A stretch of DNA of 64,000 bases. Source: the human T2T-CHM13v2.0 reference genome, Homo sapiens. Both the position numbers and the translations under genes were made by a program. Shown piece after piece: positions 46,485 to 61,008 of this stretch (the first letter of the stretch is position 1; each line of letters opens with the position of its first letter). The notes under the pieces were generated by a model. The model ran no database searches. It had not been told where the DNA came from and worked only from the letters and a program-made list of their open reading frames with translations. The stretch is taken from NCBI RefSeq assembly GCF_009914755.1, contig NC_060935.1, one strand, 5' to 3'.

Positions 46485-49400
46485 AGGAAATAATGTTTTA
46501 TTCTGGAAAGGATTCTTAAAATACAGGAAGCCTTTTAAAAATGCAGAAGCAAGTAGCTTTTGTCATTGAATAGAAATCAAATAGCCCGCTAATCACATGG
46601 CACTTTTTAAGGACTGTATATGCAATAGATGAGTTCGCAGAAGAATGAGGTGAATCATTTGTGGTTGAATAGATTGACTACTCCCGCTTTTGGCATCCTC
46701 TGATATGTGTCTTTTTGGTGCCATTTATCTGTTTGCTGTTATAATGATGCCTACCCAAAAATAACATACAGCCTTTAGAATGAGAGGATACATCTATGAG
46801 TTTTAATCAGTGTGGTTTCGTTATTGAAAATCGAGAGGAAAAATCTGAGATTTTATCGTTACAAGACATGAGCTTTGCAAATGAGAGTAATTTAGATGAA
46901 AAGACAGCAGTATAGGTGAATATAATATTTTACAGATTAATTCAATGTTCTTTGTATTTGTTGCATAATTAGGAGACTGTTTTAACAGTTTAAACTTTAA
47001 ACTTGGTAATTCCTGGAAAGATGCCAAAAGCATTTCCATTTTTTCACCATAGGTTTACATATTTTTGTTTTTTTTTTAAAAGGGATTGAAATCATTAGCA
47101 AATGAGTTTACATCTTTATATAGTATTGGAAAAGCTACCTGTTGTACATCACCAAGAAACTTAATAAGTATAGTTACTATTATTGAGCATTTATGAAGTG
47201 CAAAACATTTTACACATACTGTCTCAGATCCTCACAAGAACGGTGTTTGGCTGGTGCCATTAACCTCTAGAGATGAGAAATCTAGGCATATAGAGGTAAC
47301 ACAGCTTCACATGTCTAGTTAAGTGGTAGTTCTGGGATTTGATTAGATTTTTGAGTTTTCAGTGCTGTGTTCTGCACGACTAACTGGTAAGTATAGTGGT
47401 TTTAAGTAGGAGAGTAAGAGCGTACACCCTAGGTTTTCTGAATTTTTGGATTAGTGATATGCTTTACACTGGGAGCCAATATGTTGGAGACAAAAGTTTC
47501 TTGTCCTTAATGCATTTGATGCATTCTTCTCTCTTCTTTTCTGTTCTCTTCCTTCACTTCTTGTCTGTCTTCTCTTCGAAATAATCTCCAAGCTACTACA
47601 TTGGTTTTATGACGTGTTGAACACTGATCTGTAATGTTCCAATGACACAATACTTTGCTTCTTGATTTGGCTTCAGAGGCCACTTCTGTGGTCAACCACT
47701 TGAAAAAGTTCTGTTATGCCTTTTGTTTTCTCAGTTTACTACCAGTGATAATAGATAGTACTTTAGGAAAATGTGTGTCGGGAGAAAAATTGTTTTGAGA
47801 GGATTTATTATGGAACAAAGTGGTATCAACTATTTTCATAGAATGGAATTAATTGAATTTTGACCAAATGTGAACAAATTGCATTTTTTAACACTGGAAA
47901 ATTGTTTTAGCAGTTTCATCACTTTTGTGGGCAATTTTCCTGAACTTAACAGTTACAGTTTAACATATTTTAATTGTAATTTGTTGGTGCGGTAATTCTG
48001 TCTGTCCTCTTGTAAGTGGAAAATTTCTAGGCTTCTTAATCCTAGTGTGGTGCTCTTTCCATCACAGCATAGCTATATATGTATATAGCTATACCAGGTA
48101 GCTTCAATTATTGTTTATATTAGAGGAAAATACAATTTGTGCTTCTAAAGAGGGTGTAATTTCTTAGTGCAGAAAACCCTTATTCACATTCTACTTCTAA
48201 TAGGAACATTTTTGCACACTTAAAGTATATGTGAATAGTTCAGGGTTTATACATGCCTACCTAATATTCTGTCTACAAAATAATTCTATTTTGACATTAC
48301 TAGAAAAGGGTATTTTTAACTTAGCAGATACTATCATAACAAGAATGTTTATTTATGCTTGTTCCAGAAGTCTAACAGTGGATTTGTGCTTTTTGTTTGC
48401 ATGTATATTATGTTAAATATATTGAGAGGAAATCAGTACTTTTATGGAAGTAAAAGATCAGGAGATTTTCTGATTTTCAAAGTGTTGTATATGACAATGG
48501 TAAAAACACTTGCTTGTTTCAGAAGGTGAAGGAAGATGAAAAGATTTTAGATGGGACCTGACATAGGAGAAAATGTCCTGGATTCATAGACAGAGGATTG
48601 AGGAGTCTTGGCTTAACTGTTTAATTTTGGAAAAGTCTGTGAACCTTTCTGAATCTTAGTATCCTGTCAAATTAAGGGATCCTAGTAGATGAATTCTGTA
48701 ATATCTTCTAATTCTAAAATTAAATTATATAATACCTTCTAATTCTAAAATTAAATTCTTTTAGTTTACACTTTTGGTAAGGTAGAAATTAAAATAAAAT
48801 AAGATGTCACAAACTAGTAGTTCTTGAAGTTTTACTTAAATGTTGAATGTTGACCTTGCTAACCTATACTTTCCAAGGTATAATAATTGAAAAAGATGAG
48901 CAAATATCCTGTATATTTTGGATAGGACTTTAAAAAAGTATATGGGGGTTCATTTGTAGGATGGTAACAAAATTATTACATGTTCATTTCCTTAAGAATT
49001 TAAACATTTTTATTAACCTCTTTGAAAGCCACTTAAACTTCTATCAATAGAAATGTTTTTAATTGTAGAATAATAGATTTAAAGTAGTTTTTAACTTTTG
49101 GGATGTTATATTACTGTGTTGAAAAATAATGGCATGTTTGTAAAACATTTGATTTTATAATTAGATTTATAATATTTGATTTAAATGCTATATATGTATC
49201 AGTTCAGTTCTTAACTAAGGTTTTTTTTTTTTTTTGGCAAAGCTTTTAGAGATTTGAAGCCCAAATCTAGGTGCTGTTAATGGTGTTCTGCTTTGGTGGG
49301 TTAATGGAAAGAAGCACTGAGTTTGTAGTCTTATCTGCCAAGAATCAGCAGAAACTAATAGGAAGTTTAAAAAAATCAGTCGTCTGCATAGAAGCTTTAA

Positions 49401-51496
49401 TCAGAATTAAACAAGCTACATTTCTATGCCATTTTAATTGCATATTCTACAGTGCAATTTTCAGCTTTTCAATGAGATCACTTTGTGTTTGACTAGGTAA
49501 ATACAAGGTTTTGAAAGGCATAAGTTAGTGTGTGAGATATTTTTCTATAACTTTAGTGCTAAGTGCTTTCTAAATGGTTAGGTAAATATTTAAAAATTCC
49601 GTGGCCCTAATGCCCATAAATATTACTTAAAGTTTTAATTTTATTTGAAAAAGGTATACATATGTAGTGTGAGAGCCTAAAAAAGAGAGTTTTTTTTAAA
49701 GTGTGGTTATTTACTCACCTAAGGAATTTGCAAGGCATAATTCCCTGTTAATTTCTTTAAGAATACTGTAGTATTTGTGAAATTTATTTTATGGCTTCAG
49801 TGAGTGAGTGTTTTATTCCAATTTCATGTTACTATTTTGTGGTAAAATATCAGCCTACATAATAATTTTATACTTTATTTTGTAAATATAGTATGTACTC
49901 TGCCATGAGTATTATTTTTCAAAAACACAGATTTGATAGAGTCACTCTGTTTTAAAAATCTCTTATGGCTTTTCATTGTCCACAGGATACTGTTCATGCC
50001 CTTGACCCTTGCTTGCAAAGTCCTTCATAATCTGCACTCTGCCATTTTTTGTTTTATTTTTTTAAAAAGCATTTTATTACTAATGGGACACTCCCTCTCC
50101 ACATGCATTCTAGCTATTTGAGGGCTGCTTCTTGTTATTGACATTGTTGTGGGTTTTTCTCTTTTGATTTTAACATCTCCACTTGTTGAAATCTCCTTTA
50201 AGGAACAAATAAGATTAGGAAGACTTTAGGCAGTGCACTGATACTCAAATTTATGTATAAGCTGAGAACAAATTATAGCAGAATGGGCCATATTTAAAAA
50301 TAAAAGTTGACAAACCATATGAAACAGTGCTGATGAGTATTTCCATTATAGTGCATTAGATAGTCACATCTCCATAATTTGTTTTTATACACTTAGTAGA
50401 AGGTAACCATAAGTAAAAGCATAAAGTTTGTTTTTCATTGTCATCAGACTCTGTCCTCCTCAGTGGCAGGCCCTTCTCTCATTCTTTCTCTTTTCCCTTT
50501 CAATTACCAAGTCAGCTTATTTCCCTAGCACACTCTTCTAAGCCTTCTGTACCCCATTCAAAGCAAAAATTTATTCTTGCCGAAAAAGCCTATTTCAGTA
50601 TAAATGTTGGTATAGATATATAAAATATAGGACAGGTTCAGAGTTTATCTAATCTAATTGAAATCTGCTCATTATATATTGTACAAGGAAAATAAATTGA
50701 ACTCCAGAGAGATAAAAATACTGGCTGAGGGTTATTCTGTGAGATATTTGGAAAACGGGGACTAGAACCTAGGTCTTTACTCCTAGTCCACTTTTACTTT
50801 CCACAAGGAGCATATATACTTCCCATCATAGCCTTCCAAGGCTGTACTTAATTTTGCCAGGTATCTCCAATTATGTGAAAAAAGGCAGTGTCTCTGGTTA
50901 AAGGAGGTAGGCAAGAAGTGAGAGAGAGTCAGTTAAGAGGGACTCTTGAAAATCCTATAGTTTGTAATGACCTTGATGACAAACTTCTGATACAGTTATT
51001 TCAGAGTAATTTGTAAGGATGCAGCTGGTCGCAAACTCATGTACCTACATAACATTTATTTTATATGTTGAAGACAGAGGGGAGGGTCAAAAGGAGAGTA
51101 GGAAGAATGGAAGTGAACTGACTATTGCCTGCTTCGCTTAAAGGCATTCAGTTTAAACAAAAGAAACTGAAAAACTGTTAGCTAAACAACATTTTGGAAG
51201 AACTGGGTTCTGTCTGTGGGTGGTTCCTGACAGTTTATAACATTGACTTGTTGTTCATCTTGTTATTTACAAGCTGATCTGCACTTATTTAGGTTGTTGT
51301 TATAAGCCTGTTCTTAGAACTTGGGGCAGAAGAGTGTATCTCCCACTTTTTTTTTTTTCTTTTACAACCAACAACTTTCCTTCTGGCATTGATTTACCTA
51401 GCAGATAACTTTACAGATTTCTCCTCCTCCATCTGCTACAGCACGTTCTTTGGCCACCTCTTCCTTACATTTCATACAACTTGCATTCAGCAATGT

Positions 51497-51756
51497 TTTT
51501 TTTTTTTTTTTTTGAGACAGGGTCTCACTCTGTTGCCCAGGCTAGGGTGCAGTGATGTGCAATCTTGCCTCACTGCAAACTCTGCCTTGCAGGCTCAAGT
51601 AATCCTCCCACCTCAGCCTCCTGACTAGGTGGGACTGCAGTGCGTGCCATCATGCCCAGCTAATTTTTGTATCTTTTTTTTGTAGAGAAGGGGTTTCGCT
51701 GTGTTGCCCAGGCATGTCTCAAACTCCTGGGCTCTAGCCATCTGCCCACCTTGGCC
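51497..51756 (-). mobile_element. AluJ-like, lacking its 5' end
   Basis: Antisense Alu ending at CCCACCTTGGCC and abutting an MLT1. Confidence 0.88.
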
Positions 51757-52292
51757 AAAGATGTCCACATTTGAGAATATGTTACCTTATGTGGCAAAAT
51801 GGACTTTGGAGATGGGTTTAAGGATTTTGAGATGAAGATATTATCCAGGATTATCTGAGTGGGTGCAGTGTAATCATGAGGGTCCTTAAAAAGTAGAAGA
51901 GAGAGGCAGAAGAGATTAGAGAAGATTTGACAGTGGAAGCAGGGTTGGAGTAATACAGTGTGATACACATCCACCCTCGGGAGGCTGAGGCCGGAGAATG
52001 GCTTGAACCCGGGAGGCGGAGCTTGCAGTGAGCCGAGATTACTCAACCCATCTTTGCTAGCTTTGGTGATGAAAGAAGGGGACCCTGAGCCAAGGAAAGC
52101 AGGCAGCCTCTAAGAAGATGAAAAAGGTAAGGAAGTAGATTTTTTCCCTAGAGCTCCCAGAAAGTATTGAAGCCCCACCAGCACCTTGGTTTAGCTTAGT
52201 GAGACCTATATCAGACTTCTGACTTGCAGACCTACGAGATACATTTGTGTTATTTTATGCCTTTGAATTTGCGATAATTTGTTACAGGAGCA
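51757..52292 (+). mobile_element. MaLR LTR (MLT1D/E-like) carrying a 75-bp Alu-junction insertion
   Basis: GAATATGTTACCTTATGTGGCAAAATGGACTTTG...GATAATTTGTTACAGGAGCA. Confidence 0.8.
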
Positions 52293-52740
52293 TACTAGTT
52301 TGCTAGGGCTGCCATGACAAAGTAGCACAAACTAGGTGGCTTGAACAGCAGAAATGAATTGTCTCAAGTTCTGGAGGCCAGAAGTCCAAGATCAAGTTAT
52401 CTCCAGGGTTGGTTCCTTTTGAAGGCTGTGAGGGAGAATCTGTTCCATGTCTTTCTCCTAGCTTCTGGTGGTTTACTGGCAATCTTTGGCTTGCAGATGC
52501 ATCACGCTGATCTCATTCTTCATCTTCGCATGGCATTCTCCCTGTATGTTCACATAGTCTTTCCCTGTACCTGTCTTTGTTTCCAAATTTTCTAATCTTC
52601 TAAGGATCCAGGTCATATTGGATTGGGGTCCACCCTGATTATCCCCGTAGAGACCTTATTTCCTAATAAGATTACATTCTGAGGTACTGAGGATTAGGAC
52701 TCAACATATTTTTTTGGGGCGATACAATTCAACCCATGTA
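52293..52740 (-). mobile_element. MaLR LTR (MLT1B/C-like)
   Basis: TAGTTTGCTAGGGCTGCCATGACAAAGTAGCACAAACTAGGTGGCTT...ACAATTCAACCCAT. Confidence 0.82.
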
Positions 52741-52779
52741 GGTAGAAACAGAAAACTAAAGCTACGTAAAATTGAATTG

Positions 52780-54485
52780 TTTTTCAAAATGGATGCTGAA
52801 TATAAATTGATACATTTATATTTTTGCTATCAGTGAGTAAGAATGCCCCTGGATCCACATTCTTATCAACCAGTGCTTCCTATTTACTGACTTTTAAGTT
52901 TGGCTAGTCTAGTGGGTATGAAATGGCATTTCTTTGTGATTGTAATCTGCATTTTTCTAATTTCTAGATTTATATGTATGTTGTGATGTAGAGATTCAAT
53001 CTCATTTTTTATCCAAATGGATATCCAGTCATGCCAACACACTATATTGAAAAGTTTATTTATTCTCCATTCATCAGTGCTGCCTCTGTCCTATATCAAA
53101 TTTCAATATATGTATGACTGTATCTGGGCTCTATTATGTTTGATTTGTTAGTTTATGCATCTTGTGTTAATACCACACTATCTTAGTTATAATAGCTTTC
53201 TAATAAGACTTAATATCCTGTATTGATAGTGTCCATTGATGTGCAAAAGTTTTCAATTTTGATGAAGTTTATCTACTTTTTCTTTTGTTGCCTATGATTT
53301 TGGTGTCATATCAAATAAATCACTGCAAATTCAATGTAATGAAGCTCTCATTCTGTGTTTTCTTTGAGGAGTTTTATAAAAGTTTTAGTTCTAATATTTA
53401 GGTCTTTGATTCATTTTGAGTTAATTTTTGTATACAAAATTTTGTATAATTACAGTGTAAGGTAATGGTCCAACTTTATTCTTTTGCCTGTGGATGTTAC
53501 ATTTTTCTAAGACCATTTGTTGAAAAAAACTGTTAATAACCTTTCAACAAAGTGTTGGCTTCTTTGTTGAAAATTATTTGACAGTACATGTGAGGATTTA
53601 TTGCTAGGCTCTCTGTTCTATGTCATAGGTCTATACGTCTGTGTTTCTGTCAGTACCACACTGTTTTGATTATTGTATCTTTTAGTAAGTTTTGAAATCA
53701 TGAAGTTTGAGACCTCAAACTTTGTTCTTTTTCAAGATTATTTTGGCTATTTGAGTGTCCTTTGAGATTCCAATATGAATTTTAGGATGAATTTTTCTGT
53801 TTCTGCAAAAAATGTCATTGGGGTTTATTTTTTATTGTGGTAAAAACCATAAAATTTACTCTGTTCTTTATTTTTAAGTGTACAGTTCAGTGGTGTTAAG
53901 TATATTCACATTGTTGTGAAACAGATCTCCCTATCTTTTCCATCTTGCAGAACTGACACTCTATACTCATTAAATAACAACTACCCTTCCGCTGTCCCCT
54001 GATAATCACCGTTTGACTTTATGTTTCAATGAATTTGAGGACTTTAGATACCTCATATAAGTGGAATCATACAGTATTTTTTTGTGACTTGCTTATTTCA
54101 CTTAGTATAATCATCTTTGGGATTTTGATAGAGATTGCCTTGAATCTGTAGATTGCTTTTAGTAGCACTGGCATCTTAACAATAATAGGTTTTCTAATCC
54201 ATGAAAATGGGATATCTTTTGATTTATTTGTATATTAATTTATTTCAGCAATATTTCATAGTTTTCAGTGTATGAGTCTTTCACCTCCATGGTTAAGTTT
54301 ATTCCTGAGCATTTTATTCTTTTCAATGCTGTTGCAGATAGAACTGTTTTCTTAATTTCCTTTTTGAATTATTTATAGTATATAACTCTATGCAACTGAT
54401 TTGTATGTGTTGATTTTTATATACTGCAGCTTTGCTGAATTTGTTTGTTCTAATGGTTTTTTTTGGTGGAATCTTCAGGGTCTTA
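52780..54485 (-). mobile_element. Mosaic of old L1M fragments, including a nested L1M 3' end at ~53823-54112
   Basis: Antisense L1 ORF2 motifs (TCTTTGATTCATTTTGAGTTAATTTTTG; TTGAATCTGTAGATTGCTTT) interrupted by an L1M 3'UTR (TTATTGTGGTAAAA...ATAAGTGGAATCATACAGTATTT). Confidence 0.75.
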
Positions 54486-54683
54486 ACTTAGTTTTTGATC
54501 CCTAAAATTAGTGCTGCATATGTAGACTCAGAAACCTCACGTAAAAATTTAAATTGGCCTCAGGTTGGCAATGTTCCAAGGCAATGGTTAGAAGCAAATT
54601 CAGATTCTCCAAGGCCTCAAATAATTCCTACAGATAAAATCCCAAGGAAATTCAGCAGTGCCTAGTCAAAAATCCACAAATCA

Positions 54684-55298
<615 letters not shown>

Positions 55299-56078
55299 AT
55301 CCCCCAAAACCCCAAAACACACACACACAAAGTTATATAGGTCAGAAGAGTTGGAGAATAAGAAGTAAAGTATAACTTGGACTTAATTGAAGTTCGAAAA
55401 GGGGATAATAAAATGGAGAGGAAGAAATATTAGAAAAAAATGTCTGTAAAATAGCATTTTAAAGAACTGATGAAAAATGCCAAGTTTTTGTCCAGAAAGC
55501 TCACTGAATCTCAAGCAGAATAAATTAAAAGAAACCCATACATTATTGCAAAATTACAGAACCTTAAATAAAAAGATAACTACTAAAAGAACTCAGAAAA
55601 GAGAAATGGCCTTCAAAAGAATGAATGGCAGTTTTACTGAAAGGTGACTTATTAGTAGCCACAGTGGAATCCATAAAGCAGTGGAATATCATCCGACAGG
55701 TGCTGAGAGAAAATAAGTGTCAAACTAGAAATCAGTGCCCCGCAAAACTATCTCCCTAGGAAAAGTGCAAGCTAAAACAATTTTAGAAAAGGAAAAATTG
55801 AGGGAGTTTTTACCACTGAAAGTACATACTCAGGCAGAAGAAATGAATGAGATCAAGAAGGTATACTAATGATAAATATAGGTAAAACTAAACAAACACT
55901 GTTATTATAAGACATTATTAACAATGTCTTCTAAGAGAACAGACTAGAACTAAAGTGCTAGAAAACAATAGCATTTACATTGGAAAGAAGAAATTAGAAG
56001 AGTATGTTAAAAAGTTATATTTCAAGGGGAGGGCTAAGAGTTTGACTTTAAATCTTGTTTATATATACACAGCAGCTG

Positions 56079-56081
<3 letters not shown>

Positions 56082-56126
<45 letters not shown>
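56082..56126. repeat. (CA)n microsatellite, about 22 units
   Basis: Directly visible. Confidence 0.95.
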
Positions 56127-56129
<3 letters not shown>

Positions 56130-56784
56130 CTAGTGCAACTGCTGAAAGAGTAGATATTGTGTGAATGGCTTCCAAACAAATAGAGGTGACAAAAGAATTG
56201 AGGGAAAAAAGGAGACCAAATAATTAATATCAGAGAAAAAAGGAGGTCAAAAAAGGAAACCTAGCGAACAGGACAAATACTTAAAGCATGTAAAAAGATG
56301 ATAGAAATAAATCTAGATACTACCACGAATCACAATAAATATAGAAGCAAAAACTTTGTTAAAAGAATATAAAGATTGTCCACTTGGATTTTCTGACTGT
56401 ATACTCTTTGCAAACATAAGAATTTATCAAGGTTGGAAATAAAAGAATGGAAAAAGGACACAAGACACTATAATAAAACTGGTAATATTAATATCAGAAA
56501 AACTGGGAAAACACTTTGCTAGAGAAAAAGATGATCATTATGTAATTATAAAAGACTGAATTCACCAAGAAGATAAAATTTAAAATTGTAGATACCTAAT
56601 AACATAAATGTCTATGTCTATATATATACATACACATATATACACACACATATAATTATTTCCAAATTCACCTACAGTAGAAAGCATTCCTTTTGTATAT
56701 TTTATTTATACCTTTAATTCATTCCTATCACATTAATATACTCTTCTTATACTGTCTTAATTACCTTTCAGTTATTAGCCCCCT

Positions 56785-57545
56785 TTTTTGAGCATCTCAG
56801 TGTGCTAGGTGCTGTGGGGGAAATATAAAGATCAATAAGATATGGTTCTATCCCTAAGGAGTTTATATCTAGTAGACTCAGATGTGCAGACTAGCTCACC
56901 ATGAGACACAATTGTGTAACTGCTGTGTTCCAGTCGAGCACCTCATTGTGGAAGGCAAATAGTGATCAGTTTTTCGGGGGAGTGTATTGGAAGTCTTTAT
57001 AGAGGAGGCATTTGAAGGACATATTATATAAGACTTGATTAAGTAGAGACAGGCGTTGAGACTGGTAAACCATGTGATGGTAAAATTCATGACATTGTTG
57101 TGGAAATCAGAATGGAAAGCTAGTAAAGTGAGGAGTGTAGAGTTAGTGTGGGAATGTTACTGGAAAAGACTGGAAGATTGGTTGAGAGTAATGTATGGAA
57201 GATATTGAATGCCATCCTAAACTTTTTGATTTATTCAGTGGAAGATGTTGGAAGATTTTCAGAAGAGAAGAGACATTTTCTTTATTTAGTTTAGAGAGAT
57301 TATTGACAATGGGAAAAGTAGATCAGAGAATGAAAATATTGGGAGCAGGGAGCCCGTTATAATCATTTATATGAGAGACTGAGAACAGTGGGAGTGGAAA
57401 AGCCCTGGTGATTGGAAAAAAGGAGGTATGAAGATGCTTAAAGTCTTAGTGACTGAAAGTTTACTGGTGTCATTAGCTAATGTAGGGAACATTGGAAGAT
57501 GAGCTGGTTTGGGAGAAATGCTAAAGAGCTTGACTATTGATTAAT
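56785..57545 (-). mobile_element. L2 remnant
   Basis: TTTTTGAGCATCTCAGTGTGCTAGGTGCTGTGGGG...ATAAGATATGGTTCTATCCCTAAGGAGTTTAT, followed by a purine-rich body. Confidence 0.65.
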
Positions 57546-57811
57546 GCATGTTCCAGTTTTCACATGTGAATGGTTGATACCTCTTTTACATCTCTAAATG
57601 GGATGTAAACTCCCTGAGTGTAAGAACTAAGCATTTCTGTTTTGTATTTATCATTTACATTTTGGAGTTCACAATGGATATCTGTTATTATATTTATACT
57701 TATTGTCATTTCTTATAATGTTTCCATGTTAACCTTTAGTGAAGAAAAGAACTGTGGGTGGAGATGGATCCCAATTTCCTACTGTCTTTGGTATTTTCCT
57801 TAATAGACAGT

Positions 57812-58065
57812 TATTGCACAGTGGTGAAGCTAGACTGCTTGAGTTTAAATGTCATCTCTACCACTTACAGAATGTTGGACAAGTTGTTTAACTTCTCTGT
57901 ACCCCAGTTTCTCTGTGTATAAATTAGGGGTAATCACAGTACCTATCTTATTGATGTGAAATAGATGTGATATGAAATGTTGTGAGGATTAATAACCTGT
58001 AAGTTCTTGGAACAGTGTCTGGCACCTGGCAAGTTTTCAACAGATTAGTTGTTATGGCTGTTACT
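57812..58065 (+). mobile_element. MIR
   Basis: TTGAGTTTAAATGTCATCTCTACCACTTAC...GGACAAGTTGTTTAACTTCTCTGTACCCCAGTTTC. Confidence 0.75.
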
Positions 58066-59654
58066 ATTAATAGTTGAAATTCTCATCCTTGAATTATTTA
58101 ATAGTTTATGCCAAGTTTCTCTAAATCAATGGTAAAACGAATTGAAATTTAGATCTATGAGACAATCCGTTTTTATTGTCTCGATACTTCTCTTGGGACT
58201 GGTATTAAGCAAAAAAGCAAATCCTTTCCATAAGGGATTATATAGGGGAAATTCTTTCAACAGTGGTCAGTATTTAGGACAACAAAGAAAAGATACAAGG
58301 AGTAATTTAAAAAGTGATTAAAAGGGGGGTAATTTGGATTTATTTTCTTTTAAAGTTTCAGAGTTAAAGATTAAGAACCTTTGGTCTTCCAGAAGAAAAA
58401 TGTGTCAGCTGCTACAGTCATAATTTACTGTCCCATAAGCTTTTTGTTCCAGTTTGTCACTTTGGAGTTGGGAGTACACTGGGAAGTCAAACAAATGTCT
58501 TTACCCATAATTCTTCCTTCACAGTTCACTGTCTGTTAAGCATGTTGATAACTATGCAGCACCTCCCCAGGAATGGTAAGAGGGAGATAAGAGATACGGA
58601 AACAGAAAGAAGAGAAACTGTATGTAAAAAAGTGACTCTTCCAACCCTCTTTTTCACTCCAGTCAGTATTAGTCACTTTACTTTACTGCTTCAATGTAAC
58701 ACTTTGTTCCACTTTTCAGAAAAAGTCTCCTGAAGAGCTTCTACCAGTTAGATAGTAATCGTTCAAAGCAGACAAAAATAAATATGGATAGGAATTTTTA
58801 CCAATATATGGGAAAATATTTTTCTTTACGGGAAAATACTTACATACACATTACTAAATACCAGTGTTTATCATTATGTAAGTCATTTTTTGTTTGTTTT
58901 TGTTGTAAAAATATGCACCATCTACAAATAACTTTAATACCTGAAAACTCATTTCTTCAGCAGCATTACTGGGCATTCTGCTAGGAGCTATAAGGGCTAT
59001 GAAAAAGAATCACATAATGTCATTATTCTTAGGAGTTTAATGTAAGATAAAAAGTGAAGATTATATTTTAAATAATAAAACAGGCAGTGCAATTAATATT
59101 GTAGTGTTTGAGAGGTCTCAAAAAATAACACCCAAATTCCCTGCCCAAATTTTGAGAAGAGAGTGACAGATGAGATATCAGAATACTACCTGTATTCCTG
59201 ATAAAGCTGTTATTCGAAGGCATGGCTTGTATCAGTAGATAGTTTTGCTTTCTAATACCAAACCCCAGAGTTAAACAGACTTCCCTGGTCATTAGCAGAA
59301 TAGGACCAGGAACATTTTCCCTGTTTGCCTGGAGAGCCTATCCATGGAGAAGCATTGGAGAACTTCTGCTTCCATCTAGTGGGTAGGCTTCCAAGAGCAA
59401 AAAAAGGGGTAGAATTATGCTTACATGATTCTTTAGTCTAAACTTACCAGTCAGGTAAGTCACTATCCTCCTTCTAGGGGATAAATAAGTGAAAGGGTAG
59501 AGAGAGTCCAAAAATATTTAGCAACAGTTCTTCCTCATAGAAGCCATAGGATTGAGAAAAAGGCATTGCCTCTCTCAACACGATAATAGAAAAAGCTATT
59601 TGAAATTCTGACATCTTTTAGACAACATATATTTTAATTTTTGCTTGTCGCCTT

Positions 59655-59943
59655 TCTTTTTTTTTTGAGATGGAGTCCTGCTCTTGTCGCCCAGGCTGAA
59701 GTGCAATGGCACTATCTCGGCTCACTGCAACCTCCGTCTCCTGGGTTCAAGGATTCTCCTGCCTCACCCTCCCAAGTAGCTGGGATTACAGGCATGCGCC
59801 AACACTCCCAGCTAATTTTTGTATTTTTAGTAGAGACGGGGGTTTTGCCATGTTGGCCAGGCTGGTCTTGAACTCTTGACCTCGTGATCCGCCCGCCTCG
59901 GCCTCCCAAAGTGCTGAGATTACAGGCATGAGCCACCGCGCCA
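59655..59943 (-). mobile_element. AluS (Sc/Sg-like)
   Basis: Antisense Alu with GACCTCGTGATCCGCCC and TSD TGTC(G/A)CCTTTCTT. Confidence 0.92.
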
Positions 59944-60809
59944 GATGTCACCTTTCTTGTAACTATAGTGTCTATATAGTTGCATGGAATGTACATAATT
60001 TAAAAACTGAGCCTAGATTCTGCCTTTGTTCATTTGTTTCTTTCTTGACAAAATCAAGTCACTTATTTCTGTGCATTTATTGTTGCACTTAATATTCTCT
60101 ATCATATTTGGGTTGATAGGCCTTTCCTGTCTCTACATTTTATGTCCTTTAAATTCAGGGACAGTATCTTATTTATTTATGTGACCCTGGTGCTTGGCAT
60201 ATATCAAATAGTTTATTGAGTTGGATTATTGGATTAAATACTGTTTTTTTAAATCACTTCGCAGGACATTTTTTTCCTAGTTGATACATAATACTCATAA
60301 TTTCATCACTGAAAGTAACTTGAAGAACAGGATGCCTAAGGAATAAGTTCTTGATGTCACAAAACCCAGCAAAAATCTTCTTCAGCAGGGGAAGCTTACT
60401 TAGGTGAATGCCTCAGTTTATAGGTGAAGCTTGGAAGAATGTTGCAAGTTGGGAGAATGGAAACTAATGCAGGACATTGTGTGCAGGAGTTGCCTCTAAA
60501 ATAAAGGAGGAGCATGGAATGATAATTTGAGGTGAGGTCATAGTGAGGCAGTAGGGTTATAAACAGTTTTGACATTACTTTTTCAGATATGGCTTGCAGA
60601 GTTAAAAATTCCTAGATGTTTCAATGGTTCTCAGTTAACAAGTGTTGATAGAACATTTTCAGTGCTTAGACTGCACTTTTGATTTCTAGGGAGAACTTCA
60701 TTTTTAACATAAATTTACTAATTTTAGTAGTTCACCAAGGAAGAAGATGGTAGTAAAATACTGGTCATAATTATTTAGCAAACTCTGGAAATGTGATTTT
60801 TTAAAAAAA

Positions 60810-61008
60810 CTTTTCTTTAAGTTCAGGGGTACATGTGCAGGTTTGTAAAGGTAAACTTGTGTCATGGGAGTTTGTTGTACAGATTATTTCACCACCCAGG
60901 TATTAAGCCTAGTACCCATTAGTTATTTTTCCTCATCCTGTCCCTCCTCCCACTCCGGTAGGCCCCAGTGTGTGCTGTTCCTCCCTACGTGGTCATGTGT
61001 TCTCATCA
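60810..61008 (-). mobile_element. Short older L1PA 3' end
   Basis: TTTAAGTTCAGGGGTACATGTGCAGGTTTG...ATGTGTTCTCATCA. Confidence 0.85.

Noticed and set aside
48705-48757. 22-bp direct repeat CTTCTAATTCTAAAATTAAATT x2, and similar repeats at 61568-61960
   Set aside because: Ordinary local tandem duplications with only two copies; not a CRISPR-like repeat-spacer array.
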